From NCBI GenBank assembly GCA_950097015.1, contig CATNEN010000003.1:9982001-10046000 (forward strand): a stretch of 64,000 bases of DNA, given 5' to 3'. The notes beneath the pieces were generated by a model. That model had not been told where the DNA came from. It was given only the letters and a program-made list of their open reading frames with translations, and searched no databases. Numbering within the stretch: the first letter of the stretch is position 1; each line of letters begins with the position of its first letter. Of this stretch, positions 12,812-25,099 are shown in pieces. Both the position numbers and the translations under genes were made by a program. The DNA comes from Macrostomum hystrix (Eukaryota > Animalia > Platyhelminthes).

Positions 12812-13924
12812 GCAGCTAGACTCCTGAGCCCGACAATCGTAGAATTTTCTCCGATCCCGACTCAGTTAATGCGCTCTGTGCGTGGCGATCAGGTCTGCCT
12901 ACGATCTGATCCTGTTGGCCACGCCTAAAGTATTCGTTGGTTCAATCTGAATTCTTATCCGCCTATGCCTTCCTGTTTTTGCAGTATTTTAAAAACCGCC
13001 TGTGCAGCAGCATCAACTACGGTTGTGGCGGCGGTTGGGTCGACTCCAGCTACGAAAGGCAGACAGGAAGGAACAGAATGTTGGCCCAGGTAGGGCAAGG
13101 ATTGAGGGCGAGATGGGCGAGAGGGGACCGGACGAAGGGAACCAAGTACTTGCGGTACCTCTGTGCCGAAGCTTGCCCTCAGCAGCGACGTCTTGCACCC
13201 TAAGCCAATGCCGACGGTAAGCTGGCGGGATAGAACTAGACTGGTGAAGGCCATAGCTTCCACTGCTTGCACATTCTTTGATGCAGTTCGGGTTCTGGGA
13301 ACTACGCCAGGAGGCAAAAGGGAAGGAAAGGAACATTTTTGCTTCTGGCGTAAAGGTCGAGGTGGTGGGTGCCAGTACCTGGTCTGTTCAGTTTTGCTGG
13401 TGAATTGGTAAATCAGCTGACGCCATTTGCAATGTACATCACAGCCCAGTGTTGGAGAAGACTGGGAGCGTTACAGAGTAAATGTGCGGCATCAACCAAT
13501 ACATAGGGTGGTCCAAAAAGAAATATTTCGAAGCTTGTACGGATAATACTGGCTGTTATTGATGACTGAAACTGTTCGACAAAAATATCAAGTGAATGTC
13601 TCATCAAAGAATCAGTGAATCAAAGATCAAAGATATGAGGAGAAAATAATGTAAGCAGTTTAAGCCGAGTGTAAGCCGACCCACGCTTTTAACGAAAGTG
13701 TTAGGTAATACATAAATATAATGAAACCTAGCCCAATTTGACAGTTTTAGACTCGATTAATTCCGGTACAGTTATCTAACTGAAGCACCTGAGAATTAAA
13801 TATCTCGCTCGAGGACAGGCATAATTGTTTCTCTTTCGTCGTACTTCCGACCGTTGAAAGCCTGTAGCTCCATAACAGCAATATTAGTGATAATAACATT
13901 AATATTAATAATAACTATTATAAT

Positions 13925-14237
13925 TGCTCATCATCTGGTGACACTAGACCCGCAGCCAGCGAGGAGGCAATTCTGCTTATATCGCTGACTCCTGAGCACA
14001 CACGCACACAGATACTGTACGCAGGCACACACTCACACAGGTGTGTACATCTGCCCTGACTTTCTCATCGTCAGGCAGCTGTTACACTTTCACTGCACCT
14101 TGGCGATTCGCCCTCAAGGGAGTAAATTGCAGGACAATGCCCCAAGCCTTCTCTCCGCAGCTGCGCCCCAAATTAATGTGGCCTCGCCGCGGAATCGAGC
14201 ATATGGACTTTGATACGAGACTACGAGAGGCAAACAC
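13925..14237 (-). mobile_element. SINE family B in the collagen intergenic region
   Basis: Near full-length reverse copy of the family B body. Confidence 0.75.
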
Positions 14238-14917
14238 GTTTTTGTAAATAGCGGTCCCTAGGACAAAGAAAAATCAAGAGAATTCATAAATGATAAATGT
14301 TAGATTTAAAGGACTTGGTGTGCTAAGTAGCTAAATAACGGTAACAGTTTTACTCGTATGTACATTTAGCTCTTATTAGATATTCCATAGTCTACAAGTC
14401 TTAGCAGTCGAGACAGCAAAAGCCGATTTATCCTAAATGATCAACGAAAAACATATTGCCCAATATATTGCAACTGACATGATGCCCTTTCATAAAACAA
14501 ATCCAGACTATGAAGAATTCTTTGAACCACCCTCTAGCCCCCAATCCAGCCCGATAGCGAACAAGGGTCGATTCGAGTAAACGAACAGTGAAATCCACAG
14601 CTGCGTTCGTTTGTTCGATAGCTTCCTTACAGCCTTACCAATCAATTCCCTTCCCTCACCCAGCACCACAAAGCACTGTATTCCACTCGGCAATGGGACT
14701 CCGGTACCCCGACGGCCTAGCGGAACAGGATTTTTTCAGCTTCAACCTATCGAAGCAGTCCTTCCTGGTTGGTCTTTTTCTCTCCAGTGTGTTTTCTGCA
14801 TCCCGTGTGCAAATTTTTTAGCTTTTCTAATCTGCAAAGCAGCTAGAGACAGACAGAGCGAAAGGGGACAGACAGACAGACAGCGCGACCGTCTGTCAAT
14901 TCCTGACTGCGGCAGCC

Positions 14918-17900
14918 ATGCGTTGGACATTGACGCTGCAGATGCCGATGCTGCTGCTGCTGCTGCTTCTTCTGGCACTCAGCGAGCAGACACTTGCTCA
15001 GGGTGAGTGCTTACTGTATCAAGATGTGTGTCAATGAAATACTTGGACAATGTTTTTGTTCCGTTCGAACTTCAGACTTGCAAATCTGTAATCGTTTAGA
15101 GGCGTATGAGAACGTTTAGAGACGTTTAGAGACGTTTAGAGACGTTTAGAGACGTTTAGAGACGTTTAGAGACGTTTAGAGACGTTTAGAGACGCTCGTA
15201 TAGCAATAAAATCGAGTGGCAAAAAACCTTACACATGATCATTGTCTAGAGCACACTTCTATTGCCTCATTTTAGGTTCGTTTCAAGCGGTGAGTAACGA
15301 GCGACACAGCAAAACAAAAGAGTGACTGCCTGACTGACTGACTGCCTGACTGACTGACTGCCTGACTGACTGACTGACTGACTGACTGACTGACTGACTG
15401 ACTGACTGACTGACTGACTGACTGACTGACTGACTGACTGACTGACTGACTGACTGACTGACTGACTGACTGACTGACTGACTGACTGACTGACTGACTG
15501 ACTGACTGACTGACTGACTGACTGACTGACTGACTGACTGACTGACTCGAATTGCAGAAAGGTCCACCTGGAGAGCCAGGTCCCAAGGGTCAACCTGGCG
15601 ATGACGGCAAGCTGGGAATTCCTGGACCACCCGGTGACCCTGGACCGGTAAGAACCTTGTAAACAGGTGCTGCTATTACAGTGTTAAGTTGAAGACTATT
15701 TTCCTCACATGAGGCACCCAACGTCACTCTGACAGCCCCCTGACAACAGCCGAGTGATGCGCACTCTGAGCCTCCGGGCGCCGCCGAGTAAGACGCACAA
15801 TTCCAGCGCTCGGGCAGTACCCGACCTGACGGTTTTCTCCACTATGATTGTGAAAAGTGTGAGTTTGGGATTCTATGGGTTTTCGGATTCTATGAGTTTG
15901 GGATTCTATGAGATTTGATTCTATGAGACGGGATTGCTCCGAGGTATCATGAACGTTTTTTTCCATGGATTTTTATATGGGACTTTTGGTGCTTTTAATA
16001 GCGTTTAAGTTTTAAGATTCATCTGGAAAAAGAGACCTTAGGAAGTGGGATAATATTGAAATAAAAATGCCCAAACTAAAATGACAGGGCGAACCCGGCG
16101 ACCGTGGCATCACCGGCGTCAACGGTCTCGACGGAGCTCCCGGCGCTCGCGGCGATCTTGGACCAGCCGGAGACAAAGGTCGCTGGGGCGTGGACGGCAT
16201 CCCGGGACCTCCTGGCATTGAAGGCCAGCGGGGAGCTATCGGCCCGGTGGGACCAGATGGATCGGAAGGATCTATCGGACTGGCAGGTCCAGCTGGCTCA
16301 CCTGGCGACGTTGGCAAAGTTGGCGAAAAAGGACTCAAGGGTGACAAGGTAAAGGATTGGGAGATTGGGAGTTCGGGAAATCACTCAGCTGCTCCCTTTA
16401 AAAAATATATGTTCTGAAATAATCCCAACTGATCGTTCGATAAAGCTCTGAACTGATCGATCGATAAAGCTTCCAACTGATCAGTTGATAAAAGTCTCAA
16501 GTGCTCAAATCAGATTGATCAAATTTTCACCTAATCGAACTCCAGGGTCTCAAAGGTGTGGAAGGCCTGCTTGGCGAGCAGGGCCTCAAAGGCTACAAAG
16601 GCGCCGCCGGTACAGTTGGTCCTGCTGGCCGCAAGGGCGACAAAGGCGGCCCCGGCGACATCGGACCACGTGGTCAAGCTGGCGCGGTGGGCCAGGTTGG
16701 ACCGCGCGGACAGGAGGGCAATAGAGGACGCGCCGGAACTCGCGGCAACAAGGGCGGCCTGGGTGCTCAGGGCAGGTGAGAAAGGCTCATCCCAGCTCGC
16801 CCAGTTCTCACCCGTTCTCATCAGATTCCCGTCCGTCAAACTCCCGTTTGTCAGATTTCCTGTCCGTCAGATTCCCGTTCGTCAGATTCCCGTTCGTCAG
16901 TTTCCCGTTCGTCAGATTCACATCTATTCGTCAGATTATAATTCCCTCGGCAGATTCTCCGGAAACTTACGATCTTTATATTCGTCGGATTCTCAGCACG
17001 CATTCCTTAATCATGCCCAACTGACACCAAACCCTGCATCATGCTTTCAATCTACCCGTGTTTTTATACTCCCATCGACAATACTTGGTTGAACAAGGGC
17101 TGGCGAGCCGGGACCCAAAGGCCCAGCTGGTGACAAAGGCCTGGAGGGCACCAAGGGTCTTCTAGGTCCGATTGGGCCCATCGGAAACGGCGGAGCGGCT
17201 GGTCAAACTGGAAGCGCCGGTGCGCAAGGACCAGACGGTGTGCCCGGCCTAATTGGCGCCGTCGGAGTTCAAGGCAGCAAAGGCGAACGTGGCGTTGTCG
17301 GCGTCGAGGGACCCAAAGGCATCGTCGGCGATATTGGACGACCAGGCGACGTTGGATTGGAAGGCGAATTGGGATCTAAGGGAACTCGGTAAGTGAGATT
17401 GGGAATTATTTATTCATGGGACTACTGGATCTAGACTTTTTTTGCACTATGAACAATCGATTTCAGAGGCGAACTTGGCGACCTCGGCGATATTGGCGAG
17501 GATGGCAACTTCGGCCTGCAAGGCCAGCTCGGCGCTGCCGGGCCGCGTGGCGTTGTCGGCGCCAAAGGACCCGTCGGCGGTTTCGGCGAAGTCGGCGCAC
17601 TCGGACGGCCAGGAGATCTGGGATTTCGCGGCCTGGCAGGAGCTCCAGGACTTCCCGGAGAAGTTGGCGACTCTGGCGTTGGCGGCGAGGATGGCGAGAA
17701 GGGACCTGCCGGCGACGGCGGCATTCAGGGCCAGGCTGGACCGGTGGGCGAGCGGGGAAGGAAAGGACCGGACGGTAGACCAGGTAAGGTGTCTTGAAGC
17801 TAATTTATTTTGGCGCTGTGATAAATTAAAAATACCTTTTGATGCCTCGCTTCTGCAGTCGATCTTCTTTGTCTTCTCCGTGTAATTTCTATAATACACC

Positions 17901-20900
17901 TAGCAAGTGCTTCAGTTTAACTCTATTGTATTGCGACATTAAGTAGTTTTCCAAATTTTTCCTCGGGTGCAACATATTCAAAGTTAGGGAACAAGATTTC
18001 TCCTATAAATGTGTGTGCTCAGGAGTCAGCGAAATGGGGCAGATTGCCTCCTAGCTGGCTGCAGGTCTAGTGTCACCAAATGACGTGCCATTGCCTGCAA
18101 CTATTATTACAATTTGTAGCTAGCTTGTGGCTTCCTAGTCCTATGTTTGACTGTAATTTCTGTAAGGTGCCTTTCCGGTAAGTAAAGGCTTTTAAATCTA
18201 TTGAAAAAATGTCCGAGTTTCGCGTACAATGCTCCTGAATTCTTGTCTAGGCTTCGAAGGCAAGCAGGGCGACCCTGGACCCGCTGGACGAGCTGGTCGG
18301 TTGGGCGCCGCCGGCTTCCCGGGCGAAATCGGTCCGGCGGGTCCTCCTGGCGCTCAGGGAAATCGCGGAGAGCTCGGCCAGGTCGGCACCGACGGCGCCA
18401 TGGGACCGCGTGGCGCGCCGGGTATTGAAGGCGAGCGCGGTGGCAGGGGTACTCAGGGTGCTCAGGTGAGTGCTCTTGTCTAGCAGTGCTTATAACGATG
18501 GGTGAGGGCCATATTCATTTGGGGTGCAGCCGCGGAGAAATGGCTTTGAGGCATGTGATTGTGTACACTACCAAGTTCACTGTGTGCCTGTTTAACGCAT
18601 CTATTAGTTTATGTCTGTGTATCGATATCGTTTTTTGCGTTTGTAAGCCTTGCTTCAGTTCACCCAGCTGTCAAATGGGTTCCAGCATCAGCTAGGGTAA
18701 TTAAGGTTGGGTGCGGCGTCTCCCACCCAGTCAATAGACTGAAAAACAGTACGAAGCCTTTACATGCGCCGCGCAATAGCAGCGGCTGTGCTGTCGGCTG
18801 CACGTTTAATCGACGATAAATAACTTAAAATAAGTAACAAATCTTTATTAATATTATTTTTTATCTGCCAGGGCCGTCTCGGACCACCCGGCGAAAAGGG
18901 CGCCCGCGGACCGGCAGGCAAAAAGGGCGCGGACGGAGCTCTCGGACGCGTTGGCCAGCAGGGCACCACCGGTAAGGCCGGCAGTGCGGGACCGCGTGGT
19001 TTCGGAGGCTCACGCGGCGAAGTTGGATCTCGCGGAGCTCCGGGATCACCTGGCGTCGTCGGCGAGCCAGGCGCACCTGGTGGCCCAGGAAAACCGGGCG
19101 AGAAGGGCCCGATTGGAGAGACAGGATTGGTTGGCGCTATCGGAGCCAAGGGTGAGAAGGGCGACCTGGGACGTCAGGGACTTCCTGGAGTGCCAGGCGT
19201 CCTCGGCCGCAGCGGCGCCACAGGACCCAGCGGTTCCAAAGGTGCCCAAGGAGCCAAGGGTCGCGACGGCCCAATTGGAAAGATCGGAGCAGAAGGTCTG
19301 GAAGGCAAAGTCGGTGCCGAGGGCGAGCCGGGCGCCTGGGGCAGCGCTGGTGTCAAGGGCGAACAGGGCGAGATTGGCCCCATCGGGCCGAAGGGCGACA
19401 TCGGCAGCGAAGGCCTGCCAGGCATGCTGGGCGATCCTGGAGATTTGGGACCGCCAGGAGCGCCTGGTCGATCTGGCGTCTCCGGTGCCAGAGGCGAGCC
19501 CGGAGTTCCCGGACTGCAGGTATGAGCCACAGCGTGGCATCTTGTAGCCCTCAGCTCGAATGAGAATAGCTGTATCTACCCAATAACCACTTAGGAGTAG
19601 CGCGATGAGAAACTATGTAAAACGATGTAAAAAGTTTTGGGAGCTGGTTTTTTTAGAAAATTAACCACGGAGATGCACAAACTTAGTGACTGAGCTTGGC
19701 TGGAGGCAGTACAAATGCTCATTCTTCGATTATCTTTCTATACTTGACCTTAACGCTTATGATATAGTTTCCTGTCTTTTCACACTCCCAGTGGTCCTTG
19801 CATTCACCATTGTTCTCGGCTTTCCAAACCAGGGCGAGACGGGACTGCCAGGTGAACGCGGACCACCCGGCCCGGTGGGCTCTCCGGGCGTCGAGGGCAA
19901 CGCCGGCCTTCCGGGCGAGCGCGGCATTCGCGGTTCAGCCGGTGACGCTGGCATCGACGGCCCTGCAGGACCTCAGGGTTTGGTTGGAAGCGCCGGCTAC
20001 AAGGGCGACACTGGACCGGAGGGAGAGCAGGTCTGAGGCTCATCGGGATAGACTCGTAGACTCGAAGAGCCTTTAGATAGTCTCTAAAGGATTTTTACAT
20101 CGCTTTTTACATTCTTTCATCAGGGTCCACGCGGTACCAAGGGTGACCAGGGACTGCAGGGTCCGCCAGGTCCTCAGGGTCCTCAGGGTCGTCAGGGTGC
20201 AAAGGGTCTCCGCGGAGGCAACGGAGAGACTGGCATGACTGGCGCCGACGGAGCTGCCGGTACGGTTGGCCCCGACGGAACGGAGGGCCGTCGCGGTCTG
20301 CCTGGCGACATGGGACTCCGGGGTGACGCCGGCTCTGCTGGCGAAGAAGGCGACCCGGTGAGTTTGAGAACGGAGCTCAAAGTTCAATTTCTATGCTAGT
20401 TTGAACACTATTGTACAGTGGGTGAGTGGCAGAGCGGCCTAAGGCGTGTCGCCACAAGCTTCCGGAGCTCGATTCTATGGCGAGGCTACATTTATTTGGG
20501 CCGCAAAGTCGCGCAAAGAAGGCTTGGGGGGCTTGTCGTGAAAATTATGCCTGAAGGTCCAACCTCCAAGGCTCAGTGAGAGTGTACACTGCCAAAAAGT
20601 GCTTATGTCAGAGAGTAGATGTACAAACCTGCGTGAGTGTGTGTCAGCGTACAGTTGTCTATGAGTGTGTGTAGTCAGGAGTCAGTGGATTAGGAAAAAG
20701 TGCTGCCAGTGGGTCCACTACTATTAGCAAACTATGCGCGATTGTCCACAGCCATCCTGCACGTATAATTATGTGCATCTAATATTCAATTTCGTCATTC
20801 TTCTGACCAGGGCGTCACGGGGCCGCAAGGCAGCGTGGGAGAGACTGGCCCAAGTGGTGCCATGGGCAGACAGGGCGAACCTGGTCTCAACGGCGACGTT

Positions 20901-23375
20901 GGACCGGTCGGTTCGACCGGACCGCAGGGTCGGCAGGGAGCTAAAGGCGAGCCCGGCATTGCGGGTGTGGCTGGTCAAGTCGGACTGCCGGGACCTCAGG
21001 TAAGAAGGGTCTTATAGCTGGTCTATAATGGAACAAAATAATTATTAGAGAATTTGTTTCGCTCTCATCAGGGCTACCAAGGCTTAATGGGCACCGCCGG
21101 TCCACCGGGACCTGACGGCGAGACGGGCAAACCTGGCCCTGACGGCCAGGAGGGTCCACCTGGCCAGCCGGGCTACCGCGGCCTCCAAGGCCCCCAGGGT
21201 CCTCAGGGTCCAAAGGGCTCCGTTGGATCGCCAGGTCGTATCGGCGATCGCGGCCAAGGTGGCGAAGCTGGCGACACGGGAGCGCCCGGTCTGCCAGGCC
21301 CCATGGGTCTGGTGGGTCGTAGGGGATCCGCCGGCGAGACTGGCGCTATCGGCGATGTCGGCATTCGCGGCGGTGAAGGCCGCAAAGGCGACCTTGGCCT
21401 TCAGGGACCGGTCGGCGACCCTGGGCCGGAGGGTCCGGCCGGTTCGAATGGACTTCCCGGACCGACTGGCGAGAACGGAGACGCTGGTGAAAAGGGCACG
21501 TCTGGAGATACGGTGAGCACAGCACAGGTTCCAGGAACGTCTCAAACTTTGAAATAGGAAACTACCTTTGTAGTAGCTACATTAGAGTAGCTACATCTAA
21601 AGCCGCTATGGCAGCAAATTTATAACATAGCAACTGAAAGAATAGCATCTGTACTTTTCTGCTTGCAACTCGCAGTTTTTTACCAGAGGGACAACTTTTT
21701 GCCAACTCGTACATGCAGGGTCCACCAGGCGAAGACATCTTTGTGACAGGTAATCCGAGCGAGGTATTTCAGCGTGACTCACCAGACGGCACGAAAGAGG
21801 ACGTCTTCGAAGCCCTCATCGGACTGTCAATGTCCATCGAAGAGCTGAGACGACCGCGCACCTGTGCGGACATCCGCATGGACAAGCCGAGTGCTAAGGA
21901 TGGCATCTACACAATCGATCCTAACTTGGGATCCGATTCCGATGCTATCCAAGTTCGCTGCCGAATGGCCAACTTGGAGACCTGCGTGCAGCCCAATCGC
22001 TTCCCGGTGAGATCTTACAGTGCTTTTATCTTTCCTTGAGTCTTTAATGAGCATTCGTGTCGTGTACAATGCGTGTGTTGTGTAGTTTTACAATATTAGG
22101 GCCCGCAGTTAGCTATCGAAAATTATTTTTGATCGTAGATAATTAAAGTAATAATCCTGCAGGAAAGCTGCGGGCAATGGAGGGTTCATGGGAAGTCAGA
22201 TCATTGGTTAAAACTTCCAACCCCGTTGCCACGGGGCAATTAGTTCTATGCAATGGCTGACGAGTGCCTGAAGGTCATTACCTCGAAGTGAAATTTTCGG
22301 TAATGACACATTAGTTTGGTGACACTAGACCCGCAGCCAGTGAGGAGGCCATTCTGCCCATTTCGCTGACTCCTGAGCACACATGCACACAGATACCGTA
22401 GGCAGGCATACGCTCAAAGAGGTGTGTACATCTGCCCTGAAATCAGGTGCATTGAAAATCTAGGAGGTTGGCCCTCAAATTCGTAAATTTCAAGACAAGC
22501 CCCCGATTGCCTGCGCCCCAAATGACTGTGACTGTGATTTTGGAATCGAGCTTAGGGACTTTGGTGCGAGGGGAAAACGCGTCAGACCGCTCAGCCACTC
22601 ACACAACTTTGATGGTTGATGGAAACGACGGCACAAAATTAAAGGCAGAAACTATTTCCCTTGGGCTGAGACTCGAACTTCCGACCTTGCCAAAAACATT
22701 TTATAGCTGGACCCGCGACCGAAGAACCGACCCAATGATCAGCAGACTGTGTGGTTGTTCCACGATGACTCGGGCATGGAGGTGAGCTGTCCATTCAACT
22801 GTTGAAGCCTCACCTGCAGTTCTGCCATGTACTCAAACTTTCTCTTGAAAAATCGATCCTCAAAATTTCAGTTGAGCTACCCAATTCCCGAGGACCAGAT
22901 GTACTTTTTGCGAATGCTAAACGACCGGGCCGTGCAGAAAGTTAATTATTCCTGCGTCAGTGTTGGCAATGTGGAATCTGCCAGTGTGCAAATTGTCATG
23001 AGCAATGACGAAGTGATGACAAAGCAGGAAAACAATGGAATTACTGTGCTGAAGGACGGCTGCAAGGTCTGAAACTGAACGTCTGATCACTTTTAATGTA
23101 CTAATAAGAGTTACTTTTTATATAGCGCTTTTTCACTAATGAACCTAATCAAGGCCGACTATGAGACCTGGAAGGAGACCTGGCTGTCCATCTCCGGTAG
23201 TTCACTAATTCTACCTGTTCGAGATATCGGCATGCCAAAGTCGGGCTCCTACGGTGTAGAAGTTGGGGAAGTCTGCTTCCGTCGGGTGCCGCGGCCCCCG
23301 CCGATGCCGGCTCCTTCGCCGGAGGTGTTGGCCCGCTTCCGGGCTGCCAGAGAGAAGCTGCGTTTCATGGCCTGA
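14918..23375 (+). CDS. Fibrillar collagen alpha chain B (about 1371 aa; minor helix, telopeptide, 1014-aa major helix, COLFI)
   Basis: Exons: 14918-15002, 15276-15289, 15558-15647, 15736-15858, 16088-16348, 16546-16775, 17098-17388, 17467-17783, 18251-18465, 18872-19519, 19833-20030, 20124-20357, 20811-20999, 21072-21512, 21719-22006, 22707-22781, 22872-23066, 23154-23375. Leu-rich signal peptide. COLFI motifs [36 protein letters not shown] at 23396-23401. Confidence 0.93.
15111..15547. repeat. (GACGTTTAGA)n at 15111-15195 and (GACT)n at 15323-15547, flanking a 14-nt micro-exon
   Basis: Read directly from the sequence. Confidence 0.95.
18497..18806 (+). mobile_element. Chimeric SINE fragments (family B head piece plus family A tail)
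   Basis: TTGGGGTGCAGCCGCGGAGAAA followed by TTGCTTCAGTTCACCCAGCTG..GCTGTCGGCTGCAC. Confidence 0.6.
20418..20725 (+). mobile_element. SINE family B
   Basis: GTGAGTGGCAGAGCGG..GAGCTCGATTC..AACCTCCAAGGC..CAGGAGTCAG. Confidence 0.7.
22313..22602 (-). mobile_element. SINE family B
   Basis: TTTGGTGACACTAGACCCGCAGCCAG..GGAATCGAGCT..GCTCAGCCACTCAC. Confidence 0.75.
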
Positions 23376-23540
23376 GAATGACGGACAGTTACTGCAATAA
23401 ATTAGTTTTTTTGGAAATCTTGACGAGGAGCCCTTTAGTGAAATATGATATCAAATGCGCATACTGATTGCACAGAATAGAAGTTTCAATTGAAATACAC
23501 CAGGACAGGATGCTCTTGCCTAATTGGAAGTCTTGAATTC

Positions 23541-24220
23541 AGGGTAGTGGAGTGAGTTGGTGTTAGATGTGTTTTATGATTTTCTAGGCTAGATTGACGC
23601 CTTGAATGCCGGGGTAGCGGAGTGAGGTGGGTGCTAGATGGGTTAGGAATTTCTAGGTTGATTGACGCCTTGAATGCCGGGGTAGCGGAGTGAGGTGGGT
23701 GCTAGATGGTTAGGAATTTCTAGGCTTGATTGGCGCCTTGAATGCCGGGGTAGCGGAGTGAGGTGGGTGCTTGATGGGTTAGGAATTTCTAGGCTTGATT
23801 GACGCCTTGAATGCCGGGGTAGCGGAGTGAGGTGGGTGCTAGATGGGTTAGACAGAGGTTGTAGCCTAGTGGTTAGGGCGTCGGACTCACGACTTGAAGG
23901 TCGGGGGTTCGATTCCCGACTCCCCTGAAACAATTTGTGTCCTTTAGCAAGACACTTAACTCTGCATTGCTTCAGTTCACCCAGCTGTTAAATGGGTACC
24001 AGCATCAGCTGGGATAATTGAAGGTGGGTGTGGCGTCCCCCCAGTCCATGGACTGAACAGCTGTACGCAGCCTTCAGATGCGCCGCGCATTAGCTGCGGC
24101 TGTGCTGTCGGCTGCACATCTGACCCAATTGGGGCAGGTGTAATCAATTATCAATTAGATGGGTTAGGAATTTCAAGGCTGGATTAACGCCTTGAATTGC
24201 GGCGCAGTCGAGTGAGGTGG
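23541..24220. repeat. About 68-bp tandem repeat downstream of collagen B, interrupted by a SINE
   Basis: About 5-6 units GGGTAGCGGAGTGAGGTGGGTGCTAGATGGGTTAGGAATTTCTAGG..TTGACGCCTTGAATGCC. Confidence 0.9.
23852..24155 (+). mobile_element. tRNA-derived CORE-like SINE, family A, full length with TSD
   Basis: A box TAGCCTAGTGG and B box GGTTCGATTCC. Central TGTGTCCTTTAGCAAGACACTTAACTC..TTCAGTTCACCCAGCTGTTAAATGGG resembles the CORE domain. 12-bp TSD TAGATGGGTTAG at 23840-23851 and 24156-24167. Confidence 0.85.
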
Positions 24221-25099
24221 ATATTTGAGATAAGGTTGGGTGGGAGGAATGCAATAAAGTTCTTCTTACGCAAGAGTGCCTCAGTTTATATATGCAAAGG
24301 GCTCCTTAAGCTATGTTGTGCAAAACACTGTGTTTATTACTAACTTGAGACTTGAGCCGCCGTAATTAAAACGCGAACTACTTTATCATGAACGTTTTAG
24401 GTAGCCGTTCTGACAATTTATACTATATGTGCATGATTACTACTAACAGTATTTTAGAACGTTACGATATAGTTCTATATAGCAGGCTTATGAACGCCTA
24501 CACATCATACTTTTCTAATAATTTTTAGACATTTTTATGGCAATCGAGACATATACAAGTAGGTACTTATTTTATTATTAGCTCTTATATTCAATCACTT
24601 AAGCCATATGTATGCCCTACAGATGACAAAACACAGAGTTTGGCTATTACAAAAATAAATAATTTCCAGTAACAGAACTTTAACAATATCAATAAAAAGA
24701 GGAAGGGCAACACATTCAATTCAACAATTGCTTGCAAGTACTTTTACTCGTATGTCTTTTTTTATAAAGTTTTTAAAGGATTTCTGCCGGGACGAAAATA
24801 TTTAACAATTATGCATTATATCGTTTATCGAGGACCTTCAAAGGTTTGCTTTCACAGTGAGAGTGTACGCTGCCTGACAATGAGGAAGTCTGTGCTCAGG
24901 AGTCAGCGGAATAGCCTCTAATAAAGGACTTTCTAGACTATCGGGTAAAGAGGTGCTACTACGAGTTATATAATAAAAATATAATTTTCAAAATAGTCAT
25001 CGTTTCGAACATTTTTTGCATTAAACTGTTTCCTGTTGTCTACTGTTCTCAGTATCCTGATTAATGATTATTATTAATGGTGCTCCTGCAGTAATCAGT

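Noticed and set aside
14041-14090. Hammerhead-like words CTGACGA..GAAA in SINE family B
   Set aside because: There is no stem II and no NUH cleavage triplet in the right place. The segment folds better as a simple hairpin.
5236-21545. Many Ala/Arg/Pro-rich ORFs overlapping the collagen exons
   Set aside because: These are antisense or alternative-frame shadows of GC-rich Gly-X-Y codons.
23852-23930. SINE heads as tRNA genes
   Set aside because: A and B boxes are present, but the cloverleaf is imperfect and each head continues into a shared SINE body.
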